A stretch of 53,647 bases of DNA, filler included, from Bipalium vagum (lineage: Eukaryota), in the NCBI GenBank assembly GCA_037834085.1. It is 3 parts of 3 records of this genome, joined end to end, with 100 filler letters (N's around TTAATTAATTAA, not from the genome) between each part and the next. Parts side by side here need not be neighbours in the genome. Positions count along the whole stretch, not along the records: positions 37,969 to 53,647 come from JBBMKC010152565.1; 2 more parts are not named here. One strand, written 5' to 3'. Each line of letters begins with the position of its first letter. Within the stretch, counting starts at the first letter, position 1. Below, piece by piece: positions 39,780 to 51,674 of the stretch. The notes beneath the pieces were generated by a model. That model searched no databases, was not told the DNA's origin, and saw only the letters and a program-made list of their open reading frames with translations. The translations under genes and the position numbers were made by a program.

Positions 39780-40900
39780 GATTTTAATGCGTATGATGAC
39801 GAAATACCAAGACCAAGGATACTTTTCAACAGACGTCGAATATTAGGCTGTATTGCATTTTCCCCTTGTGTCATTTCATTAAAAGTGATGAAATTGTTCC
39901 GAAAAACAAAGATCATTTTAGAGTGAATAAAGACATGATAAGCATTCAATTTCTGCCAAAGGTAGAGAATCCTATCAGCGATTGTTATCAGCTCATGTAT
40001 GATTTTTGCAAACAAAGATCTCGGTGGAGAATGGAGATTTTCACAGAAATCAACACCCAAGTAGCGATAAGTTTCATCAACCATCATAGTAGCAATAGGA
40101 GATTCACCAATTCTCAAAAGAAGTGTATTTTGAACTTGAGGGACACGAACAAAAGCACACTTTGAGGGCCGGAATTTCAATTGGAGCCATGATGATACCT
40201 GAACTGCGCGATCCAGGAGGTCGTGCATATGTGGACGACTAGTAGCTAAAAGTACGACATCATCTGCATATGCAAGCGCACTCAACCGATATTCACGAAT
40301 CAGTACACCTCCGCTCAACACCTGATCAAGACTATTTAAAATTGGATTCATTCAAATATTAAATAACAACATCGATAAAGAACAACCTTGTCGAACACCA
40401 ACGTTAACATGATCGAGAGCAAACACCCATTTGCCGAAGACAACCAGTAATGAAGAAAATATCAATACTGCCGAAAGTATTAGCTACATCGAGAAAAGCA
40501 ATATTCAGAGGCATATTCAGTTCTCTCTGATGTCGATCAATTAAGTCTCGAAGAAGAAAATTGTGTTCAGAACACCCATTGAATGGATCAAGGCTCTTTT
40601 GCAACGGATGTAAAAGATTATTGGCATTCAACCAACCAGAAAGTTGTGAAGATAAAGCGGAAGCGAATATCTTGTATAAACATTCAAGTGAAGCAACTGG
40701 TCGCCATGAATTGATATCATGGTACTCTTCTATTTTCATGGGTTTCGGAATAAGCAAATTAGAGAAAGACTTCCAGCGAGAAGGAGGAGATAAATCGTCA
40801 ATTATTCTGTTGAACAAAGGGCAATCAATTTTTAGCAACGGATCACAGTTTTTGATGTCAACATACGTGATGTTGCTAATGCCTGGAGCAATTACAAAAC
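39780..40900 (-). mobile_element. Non-LTR retrotransposon reverse-transcriptase fragment, RLE clade (R2/NeSL/Utopia-like)
   Basis: APGISNITY...DP, LLIPK, SWRPVA...YKIF, LQKSL...GCSEHNFLL, AFLDVANTFGSI, GVRQGCSLSMLLFN, LAYADDVVLL, LKFRPSKC, YRYLG. One stop codon and an internal deletion near 40410; truncated at both ends. Confidence 0.88.
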
Positions 40901-41433
40901 TTTTTCTTAATTCTATTAATTGTATTGAATAAAATAAATATTAATTTATTATTTTATTTATCTTATAATTTCTTCTAATAGTATTTACCAATTTACATTG
41001 GTCTAAGCATACTCTTCAAATTTCAATATCACATATTCACATTAAATTGAAAATAAATTAGAAATAAATTACTCATTGTCATTTAAGGAATATCAATCAT
41101 CTACTTTGATTAAATTTTTCGTCCTAAAAAATTATTGCTCAATCAACAAACGAACTTGAACACTGTTGGGCATATGAGTTTAATTTTACAAAATATCTCA
41201 AATAAATAAACAGAATAGAAAATTTTTTGTTAGTAGTTGTAGGGGAAAGTAAGTCATTATGCAAAAACTATGAAGAACCGAGAAAGAACATAAGCAACCC
41301 TTCTTTCAGTGAGTTTGAGGACTAAAGGAAACTTGATATAAAAAGAGAAATATCAAATCACACAAATCTCACTTATGACTTCGGTTATTAACTTTTTAAA
41401 AATCTCACGGCATTACCAAGAATTTATTATTGT

Positions 41434-41526
41434 AATTATTATTAATTAAAATTATTATTAATTAAAATTATTATTAATTAAAATTATTATTAATTAAAAT
41501 TATTATTAATTATAAATTATTAATTA
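41434..41526. repeat. 16-bp tandem repeat (aattattattaattaa) x ~5
   Basis: Visible directly in the sequence. Confidence 0.85.
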
Positions 41527-42645
41527 AGAATTTTTAAGAAAATCAGTGGAGAGATATTCCCTAATTGGTACAAAAACAGCACTGAGTAACTTAAATCAAC
41601 GGGAAAATCATTTATCAACTATTTTTAATAAGATAAATTCAGTCATGACATTACAATTAGTCTTTATTCGGATATCAAATGATTGGATTGAAATGAAAAC
41701 GTTATTGTAGCAAATGAAGAGGTGGGATCACGTTAGAAAAATAAAAAATAAAAGCTAATAAATATATTTATTTTTATTTAAATTCACATTATTAGACAGA
41801 TTTAAGAAAGTTTTTATATGAAATTTATATTGCTTTATGTCAATAAAAGGACAAAACATCAAAATAAAAATTGATGAAATCTGTAATCCACGTATCATGG
41901 TTTCATAAATTATTTTCAAATAAGAAAACTTTCATCACGAAATTCACGAATTTCTTTAGAAAAATAAGCCGCCTAAATATAAAGAACATTGAGACTTATT
42001 TTTACAATCATTATTTTTAATCATTATATGTACAATTTTGTTATTATTATAACTATTTTATCTGAAATATTGAGTTGGTGTTTTGTACGTGCCGGAACAG
42101 TTTGTAGAATCGAATGCTTGTAATGATATCCTCGTCTTATAACTGATATAATCATAAAGATCCACCTTGAATTACTTAAAATCATTTGATTACATCTAAA
42201 TTGATGAATTTGTTTTAAATCAAATCGATAAATACTCTTCGTCATGACAACTCTAGTTCTCATAAGTTGTGTCAAGAAAATGATTTCGCGAACACTAGGA
42301 ATCTAGAATTAATGACATATAGACTACTCATCTGATTTGTTCTCTTGTGATTTCTTTTAGTTTTCAACAATTAAAAAGAAATTATGTGGTGCTTTTTTTA
42401 GCCTGGAGTATCAATTGCAAAATTCGAAGTTTTTTATCTGAAGTTCCAACTTTACAATGAAAAAGTGCTTTGAAAATTGAATCGATCGCACTCAAAAAAG
42501 ACTCATTTTAAAACATCAATGTATTTTAGGTTTGGGTTTTTTACTAATACTAAATTTCACAAACTTTCCCAACAGCCTATATATTTTGCCGATTTTCAAA
42601 AAATACAATTGTATTTAATATATTAAAATATATACTGTATATATA

Positions 42646-42946
42646 CAGTGAAACCTGTTAATGTTGAGCACCACTGGGACCGAACATTTTTCTCAAAATA
42701 TAGATGGTTCATGAAACCAAAAGTCAATACTTAATTTTTAGTAATAAAATTTTATTAACAAAATCGACAAAGGCGATTGCTTTAGCGAAGAATTTCTTTC
42801 GAGCTGTTTTATTTGAATGGATAATTTATCAAGAGACATATTTTTGAAGCATCTTACTTCTTTGATATTCCAATTATGAGTGTTTTCAATGTTTCACCTT
42901 CAGAACTTGTGGCCAAAAGAGGTTCCCAAATTAACAGGTTTCACTG
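42646..42946. mobile_element. pogo/Tigger-type MITE, 301 bp
   Basis: 17-bp perfect TIR CAGTGAAACCTGTTAAT / ATTAACAGGTTTCACTG, with TA on the left and CA on the right. Confidence 0.85.
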
Positions 42947-42989
42947 CATATATAATATATTTAATATTTAATCAAACATTAAACAGTTA

Positions 42990-43680
42990 AGTATTGTTTT
43001 CAATAATTGTGTTCCATCTTTGAGATGGCTTCATAATTCCATTCTTGAGAAAATTTTAATAAAAAAATGCTGGTTTACAACTTTAAAAAGACCTAAACAC
43101 TTCATTAAAATAACTCTGTATCTATCAAAACAAATATATCTGGAGAACATGGTAATGGTAGAAGAGCATCTCTTCCAAATTTATTCATTTTTGCAGACTT
43201 GCATTAAAAAAAAAATTTATCAAACTTTTTCAATTGCTGCTTTCAGACTTTCCAATTGATCACAATATAATTCATTGTCTGGTTGCTTGCTAAAAGTTCA
43301 TGATACATTATTTCCAATCAATCCAACCGAATGCATTACATTATTTTCTTTTTTTCTAATTATGCTATTCAGCTGTTACAGGCTTTCACGTTTCACTTTT
43401 CAATGCTGCTTTTGTTTAACATGTTTGTTCAGAATCAACTTTCATCTCTCGTAACAAATCGTTTTAAGATTGACCCACTTTTATTTCTATGTAGCAAAGA
43501 AATACTATCAGAAAATCTGTCAAATATGTCTTCTGATAATAGCCTTAAAACCCAAATATCGTACCTATTTTCCAATCCAAGAAATTTTAAATGCCTTCCA
43601 ATTGTGGTACGGTCTAATTCCTTTACTAAAATTACTTTAATTTACTTAAAATATTAAAAATTTTATATATTTATAAACCT
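42990..43680 (-). mobile_element. Degenerate mariner relic
   Basis: Minus strand reads TTIGRHLKFLG...IWVLRLLSE...ILKRFVTRDES*, HELLASNQT, LYCDQLESLKAAIEK, LLPLPCSPDI. Confidence 0.8.
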
Positions 43681-44249
43681 TTTATATTATAATTTAGATT
43701 ATTTAAATTATGATTTTAAAAAAATTTCTTATGGTCTGTTTAAACATTTTTTACCAATGTTCTCAACACTAAAATTCCTTTCCATGAATATTTTCGGTCA
43801 TACACTTTCTACAAGAGTATCTATCTCAACCTTCGACTTTTACTGGATTTTTTTTAATGTGAAAGTATTCATTATCTTATTTCGTCATTCTCTTTTTATG
43901 AAATTCTGTTCCTGAAAGAGTAAAATCTTTTAGTTAAATATCATTTCTGTGGGATTTATTACAATTCTCTTTTAGACCATAGAATTAAAAGTAATTTTTT
44001 TACTGAGGAATTTTATTAACCACTGTACTATTTTGTACTTAGTGAATATCTAACGTTATCAAATCGCGTTTGATTCTGAATTTTCTTTTTATTTAGTTAT
44101 TAATATTCTAACGACAATTGGTCTTAATTCAACTTCTTTGTAAAATCTTTTTTCTTGAATCAAATACATTTTTACAGTCTACGTTGTTCTAATGTTTAAA
44201 AATTAGTTATAATATTAATATTAATAATTATAATATAATAATATTTGTA

Positions 44250-45764
44250 CTATGCTGTCCGAAAAGTTCCTAGCCTAGTCAAGAAAGAACAATGAAATCA
44301 AACAAAAACATTTATTTAAATCAATATAAAACCCTTGTAGATCAATACAACGATACCAGTGATTTTCAATATTTTTCTATGCCTTCTAAAAAATACATTG
44401 ACCGAAATCCTCTACAATAATGCTCTGTTTCCTATTCTACTTCCTCATTTGAATTGAATTTCTTGCCGGAAAAAAATCTTTGAAATTTGGAAATAAAAAG
44501 AAGTCACTGGGTACCAAGTCCGAATAATTTCGAGATTGAGATATCAATCCAAAGCCTAATTCTTCTAATTTTGCTAGAGCAACAAGTGATGTGTGAGAGG
44601 GCACATTGTTATGATGAAACAACAATTTTTCTTCGTCAAATGTGGTCGAATTCTCTTGAGTTCATCCTTCAAAAGATCAAGCAACGCTGCATAATAAGAT
44701 CTCTGAAAGTTTCCCCTTTCTCAAGATAGTCTATGAGTAAAATACCTTTGGCATCCCATAAAATTGTACCAATAATCTTATCAGCCTTCTTTTAGATTTT
44801 CAGTATCTTCTGCGCACTTTCCACTTCTTCAAGTGTTGAGTAGACTCTGGAGTGTAATAATGAATCCACGTTTCATCGCAGGTGACGTATCGACACAAAA
44901 GTTGTATGGGTTTTTTTAAAGTTTCGAATCATTTCTCTCCGAATCATTAACACGTGCTTCTTTTGATCAATAGTTAATGAATACCGCACCTATTTTGCAA
45001 TCATCTTTTTCATATTTTACGACATATGTCTTTTAAAATACTCATAACCTCAGCAATTCGACTAATTTTCACTTTTCGGTCTACCATTACCATTTTGTGT
45101 ATTAGACTAGTATTTTGGTCAGTTGTTCTATCAATTGGACGACCACTACGACATTCATCTTTAGTGCATTTGTGATCTCGTTTGAAATCTGAATATCAAT
45201 TTTTAATAGTGGAATGCGATGATACTGATTTCCCATAATGCTTATCCAAACTTGCTTTGGTTTCCCGAAGTTTTTCCATTTCATAAAATAATTTCATTAA
45301 TATCATAAATTTATATTGGTTCATTTTCAAAAACGCAGCTATTAAAAATGTTAGTTGAAAATTAATCTGAGATATCTGGATTTGAACGTACAAAATTTTA
45401 TTTAAAAAACAAGTTTTTTCTTTCACAAACTTAATCGTTTTCACATAAATGTGCGCCTATTTTGGCTTTGCTTCATCTTCATTTTGGAGCATGTCATCAT
45501 CGTAGTCGTCGAAATTTTCAGCAGCATCATCAGACAAGCACCACAGGCACATGGACTGCTCTGACCGCTGAGCTACATCCCCAGACTAATTTTCAATTTA
45601 TCTCACAAAAAATATTTAAATTGATTGCATAAAAAAATATTTTTTCAAAATCACAAAGATTTTATATTCAATTATTTAAAAGATTGTTCTTTAAAATAAG
45701 GATGTAAATTTTTACTTTTCCTCGTTATTAATGGTTAAGGCCAGGAACTTTATGGACAGCCTAG
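44250..45764 (-). mobile_element. Full-length irritans/Himar-like mariner with both TIRs, dead transposase and a 259-bp insertion in the 5' leader
   Basis: TA-flanked TIRs ctatgctgtccgaaaagttcctagcct and (reverse complement) ctaggctgtccataaagttcctggcct. Transposase from ATG 45324: MNQYKF..ETKASLDKHYGKS..STIKN*YSDFKR, VTCDETWIHYYTPE, FHHNNVPSHTS, YSDLVPSDFFLFPN. Confidence 0.93.
45349..45607 (-). mobile_element. tRNA-cored mini-element, copy 2 (259 bp, internal cargo, perfect 5-bp TSD AAAAA)
   Basis: Minus strand reads TGTGAGATAAATTGAAAATTAGTCT-GGGGATGTAGCTCAGCGGTCAGAGCAGTCCAT...[~150 bp]...GTTCAAATCCAGATATCTCAGATTAATTTTCAACTAACA. Exactly five A's at 45344-45348 and at 45608-45612. Confidence 0.78.
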
Positions 45765-45803
45765 TATAATATATTTGAAAACAAAAATAAATTATAAAAA
45801 TAT

Positions 45804-48800
45804 TTAATAACCTGTTTTTAACCTACAGTTTGAATATGTGAAAATTTTTAAATTTGTGCAGCATTTTTTAAAAAGTTTTATACTTTTATCTGTTATATTC
45901 GCACATCCATCTAAATGTAGTTCCTTAAAGAATATTCTTAAAAATAAAAATAGTTTAAATTTACAAATTACTTCCAATTCCACACAATTTTCGGATTTTA
46001 CAAAAATGCTCAATCCTTTATCCGAAATCTAGAAATAAGAGATTTAGATCATCGCTCAAAGTACAGCAAGTAATTATATTTATCATAAGTTAAGGTACAA
46101 AGTTCATTTAAATTTATGTATAAGTTGTCAAATTGTGACATCGATTTCATGTATATTGTGAAATGTATTCATTATAGTATGTATTAGTACTTTTTATAAT
46201 TAAAATCAATTTAAATAGTTTGAATTTTAAATGCAGGAGCATTTAAGAAAACGTTGAAAATGTTATTTCAAATAATGACAACCGAAAGAGAATTTCTTTG
46301 AATGATTTTTTAATAGAATTATATTGAAAATTAAATATTTTTAACAGAATTTCTAAAAGACGCTAAAAAAAATTATTTGGCTTATAAAAAAACGAACTGT
46401 GAAATTAAAAATATTCAATAGAGTAGTAAAACAAAGTTTTTTTTTTATTGAAAGTAATCCAGGAAAAAGGATTTCATTTAGTAAATTGACTTTATGAAAA
46501 GAATTGCCTCAAAATGTATTGATTTATCGTCAAAGCAAGAAAACAGCAAAAATCCGAATAAATCAAGATAAAGTTTTTAATTTTAATTTTTCGTCAAAAT
46601 GCATTGACATTAACATTGGTTGGACTAATTATATCCCCAGGACCAGTGGCAAGAGTAATGAGTGGCAATTCATAATGATAAAATTGAATAATAATGATAA
46701 TAATAGGGATTTATAAAAATATTGGTTTAAGGTTACTTTTTGGAGATTGGCAAGATTTTAAATGATGGTGTATGAATTATTTCTAAAGAGTCGAAAGGGA
46801 CTGTCTTTAATCCTGACGATCTCAAGCATTTTTTACACAGTCATCTAAAGCACGTTGAATTTTCAGGTTTTTGATAATTGAAGACAGAAAAATTCACTGG
46901 ATTATTCGGGTTATTTAAAATAGCGGACAATGTAATCAGATAGTTAGATCTTTCATATTAATTAATAAAACGGATTCGAGTTCAAAAAGTATCTATTCAA
47001 ACCAAAGTCTTATGTAATCTCTAACTCATTTATTTTATTTTTTGTGTTGAATCCCTTATCCTGATAGTCACAATATTGTTGTCATTACTTAAATAAATAC
47101 AATTTTCGAACTTATATTTTTATTGACCCTCGTTTATTCAAATAAATTATTATATTTTTTATGGATGTTATAATTAATGATTTTTAGAAACGAATTAATC
47201 TCCCTAATTTTAAATAAAGCCAAGTTTATTCACCAATCTGCTGGTGATAAATTTTTTCCTAAAGGAATTTATTAAAATCTTTTTAAAAAAGATTTATGGC
47301 AACCTAAATATTCTTGTACTGTATATCTTTAACATAATTTGTGCTCTCTTTTATAATCCAAAGATCATCAATTAAATTCAGATGTGTGTTTCATGACAGA
47401 AAATCAATAAAAATTGTCTTGCATTCTTAAAAATAAATCAACAGACTTTTGCTCTGTCAATATAAAAATAAATCTATTAAAGATAGACATGATTCTTCTT
47501 TAAGTCTTTCAGAATTTGATAATCAAAATTAAGTTTACATCTTTGTATTTTTAAAGTTAGCTTAAATCCTCAAAACATGGATTGCAATACCTTAAAGAAC
47601 AAAATTCTCACATCAGTTTTTTCCAGACTTAATGATTTAATTTTGGATCTATGATCGCTAAATGCTTTGAGGCTGCTATCTGTAATTTTGGGACATCCGC
47701 ATAAATTTACAACTTGGATCTTGGCGGAGTTCGCAGCTAAAACTACGAAGGGATTGTCAGAAATTATGGCACATCGCTTGAATTGCACATTCTGCAGATG
47801 AAATAATTTACTAAAGACATCGATCAGGCCTTAAACAGAAAGATATATTATTAAATCGGTGAAAATAGTAACCTGAGTCTTGCAAATCGTATCGGTAACC
47901 CTTAATCGAATCTATGCACAATTCCCTAAGATTCACGCAAAATTTTAGCTGACTCAATAAATTATTGTCAACATCACAAAAAGACAAGTCTATTTTGGTA
48001 ACTAGATCATTTCCGAGCTAAGAAAATATAAATATTTCAATAATGTTCTATAATTGATTATTTTTACTTTCATCGTGAAGTCTAAAGTTTGTTAATATTT
48101 ATATAACCAAGCTTACTAAAGATTTGATCTATATATCTATTATAATTTTTATGTTCCGTGTAAGATTAAGTAAAGTTATATGTAACAATATGCTCAAAAT
48201 TGGTTCTCTTGTCAGTAAGATCCTCAATAATCTCGTAACGATAATGTTTTATCGGTTTTGGATTTATTAATTTTATCTTTTTAAGAAATGTGAAAAATAA
48301 TTCTTTTCTCAAAGATTCACAAAACAAACTTTTCTATCCGTAATGAAACTTTAAATCGACATATATGGTCTCAATCCCTAACAATTAATCCAATAAGCTG
48401 AAATATTTCTAATGATATTGAAAGTCTTCAAACAATGAAAATAGCAAAGCGTCATGGATATGTTGTATAAATCTTGATGTTGAAGATGATCATTAATTGT
48501 AAAGTAAAATATTAGCCCGAAAATTTGTTTTTGAAATACTGAAATTGAATAGAAAAACCAGAATAAGATTATTTGTTTAAACCACTTTTTTCCATTTTTC
48601 ATTTCCAGAGTCATTACTTTCTTATCGACAAATTGTAATAATTATTCTTCACAATCCTGCATAAAACTTAACTTTCTCTAATTGAGATAGGTCTTCAGAG
48701 ATACATCATTAGTTTCCAGCCAAACTCGTTCTATCTTTCCTGGGACTTCAAAGATATGTGTGGTTTAGCATTGACGTGCTGAAATAATTTTTTCAGCCAA

Positions 48801-49264
48801 TTGTTTTCACCTTCTTAATTGATTACATAGATATCCAAATCATTTGTTTTATTATATGGCAATTCCGAAGGTCACAATATAATTTTGTTTAATGTCAATT
48901 CCTGTTTTAAAGTTTTAATAAAATGCAAACACTTTTCCCTCCCAAAAATTAAATCTAAATATCTTATTCAATAATTTCTTTAAAAAGTTAAAAATGGTTA
49001 ATTTCACATTTGGTTAAACTTATGTTTGTAAAATTTTAACTAACATGCCTTAGACTTGTTTGGTTTAACTTTCCAATTTTGCAAAGAATTGTCAATATAT
49101 TTCTTTTGTTATTGTTTGTTAATAAATAGAAATCATTTTGATAAGTTACAGGGCTTGATGTGATAATTCTGTAGCATCTATAGAAAAGATATAAATAAAA
49201 ATACATTTAAACTAACTCACAATTCTGACAAAGGTTTTATATTAAAACACGAAAGCCCAACCAT
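45804..49264 (-). CDS. AMN1: AMN1-like leucine-rich-repeat protein (238 aa); exons 49264-49221, 49177-49045, 48017-47873, 47829-47612, 46028-45972, 45923-45804
   Basis: Spliced product MVGLSCFNIKPLSELCYRII...KIDLSFCDVDN...FKRCAIISD...VNLCGCPKITDSSL...ISDKGL...ELHLDGCANITDKSI is collinear with metazoan AMN1 cysteine-containing LRRs. All introns are GT-AG and in phase; total CDS 717 nt. Confidence 0.85.
48130..48900 (-). mobile_element. Mariner debris within AMN1 intron 2
   Basis: Minus strand FQHVNAKPHISLKSQER*NEFGWK, the HDNAxPH...GWE motif, at ~48715-48787. Confidence 0.6.
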
Positions 49265-49799
49265 TTTTTAAATGTTTTCTCAAATAATAATAATTTAAAC
49301 AATCCCCATTATTTATGGTAGAATGTTTAAATAAATTATTTAACAATTTGTTTCTCAAAATGTTTTTTTATTTGATTAGAGTTTTATAATTTTATTTATA
49401 AATTTATACATATATGAATTAAAAATTTTAACTCCTTTGATAAATAACCGATTATATTAAATAAATTTTTGAATAAATTCGTTATCCATCTATTGGGTAT
49501 ACAAATTAATTTTAATTATCCTGTTTTATGTAATTATTTTATTTTTTTATTTTTTCAAACATAATTAAAATTTTTAGTTTTTATCGAATGTAGCCAAATG
49601 ATTGCCTACAAATAAGAATCTTCTAAAGCATGTATCTAATTAATTAGCTAAGAAGCGATATTCTGGCTCGTTTCATAACCAATTTATCTCCACTAATATA
49701 TTTAATGTATTTAACTCCATGTTTGAGACACGATTAAACTCTGAAAGAACTTTCATATCCTTTGGTTTATTCTAAACCAAAAAAGTGATAATAGAATCA

Positions 49800-50420
49800 A
49801 AAAACAAAAATTTTATAACTCCATAGACAGTAAATACTTCTACTAATAACAATAATCGTGGTAATTAAAAGAAAAAAGAAACAAAAATGAGAAAAATCTC
49901 ACAAAAAGCTATATTGACGATCATGATATTCACTGTTTGGATATTTAAGTTATAATCCAAATCAATAAAAATGGTTCGGTACCTGTAGCACAGCAAAAAA
50001 TTTAATTGTCTGTTTCTTTAATTTAGAGTTTGGCAGCAATAATTTTAGAGAATCAAAGAATTGTTTACGATAATGTGCTTACTATAAATGATTTCCAAAA
50101 TTAGAGAGAACAATCGATTTCGACAAATAATTCTTCATAATGACAACTCCAACTCTCATAAGGCATATCAAAATGCGAAATTCTCAACTTTTAGAAATTT
50201 ATTATTTTGTATTTATATATATATATTATACATATATATTTTGAATACATAACCTTTAATTTCTTTTTATTCTCAACTATCAAAAATAAATGATGTGATG
50301 AGGTCATTTCGTCGCCTGAAGCAGATATTACAAAATTCGAGGTATTGGTATCTGAATTTACAATATCAGAATGGAAAATACTTCGAAAATTGATTCGATC
50401 AAATGCAAAAGCTGATGGTA
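49800..50420 (+). mobile_element. Degenerate mariner relic
   Basis: IILHNDNSNSH (~50127-50160), with decayed flanking motifs. Confidence 0.5.
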
Positions 50421-50499
50421 ATTTTTTTAATAAAATTATAAAAATTCATTACTTTTTCATCCGTGTACATTTTTCAACAATAAAGTTATTAGATTATTA

Positions 50500-50599
50500 C
50501 AGTGTAACCCGTTTAATATCACCTCGCTTAATATCACGACCCGGTTAATATCATGACTTTTTCTGTAACGGACGCCGTGATATTAAGCGGGTTGCACTG
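50500..50599. mobile_element. 100-bp pogo/Tigger-type MITE with TA target duplication
   Basis: TA-CAGTGTAACCCGTTTAATATCAC ... GTGATATTAAGCGGGTTGCACTG-TA, with three TTAATATCA copies at the left end. Confidence 0.88.
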
Positions 50600-51674
50600 T
50601 ATTATTATTAACCAGTATAATCCTTTTATCTTACAATATCTTGTATGATTTTGATTACTAATTACATTTATTATTCTTAACTATGTACCAAATGAAATTC
50701 CTGGTTGTCTGTTATGGAGAAATATATTCCGGAATTTTTCTGGATTTCATTTTTAAAAAAAATCTATGATTTTGATCTCTTTCAAAAAAGATAAAAATAT
50801 TAAGTGTTTTCATTTTGACTATTCTCATCAAGGCATCTGTTCTCTTGATATTAATATCCAAATCTTCGATTTTACAGACATTGCGAAATATGTTGCTATG
50901 TCTGTCCTCTGCCATAAATAGTTTATCACAAATAATAGAATTTCAGTAATGATATCTTCCTATATCAAATATATCCCTGTTAAATGATATCATCAACATA
51001 ACATAGCTGCTTCCAGCATGTTTACCGAAACAAGACATGAAACCAAAAATCTCTTTAACATAAAAACCCATTTTAAAAAATCAACAAAATTAGTATGCAT
51101 ATGATGATATTTTATACTAAGAGTTCTTGCAATCTGGTCAGACGAGTACTGTTGACTGTTATCAACAAAGGTTGTAAAAGATGAGTAGAACAATGAAAGA
51201 TATTGGAAAGTCATTTTTCTGCATAATGCGTAGTGTTATGTAAAAAACAACAAAAGAAACATTGAATGTCTTACCTATATCTTATTCACCAGATATTGGT
51301 CCATCTAGTTAATATTACTTGTTTAGGTCGATGACACATTGTCACTCTAAAAACCTTTTCTACAATTTCAAAAATGTCAAAAACTGAATTGATTATAAAG
51401 CTGCTTTACTGATTTTACTTTTATCTTTCAAACTGTATAGTAAACACTAACAACGAAAGTAATTATTTAACAAAGTATTAATCAAAGTGATCGCAAAAGT
51501 AACTTTGATTTAGTTGAACACAACTAACTCCATTTCAAAACTGGTTGACACGAACAGAAATGACATATTTGGATAGTTCATGAAAAAGTTAAGAACCACC
51601 GTTTTAATCCAATTAAAGCAAAAAATATTTTTTGAGTAATCTTTAAACAAAATATATTTTTCATTAAAACACAA

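Noticed and set aside
50640-51600. Minus-strand ORFs 50712-50915 and 50993-51214 as a CACTA/EnSpm-like transposase
   Set aside because: Only a vague HMH...KRFL resemblance; not supportable without a search.
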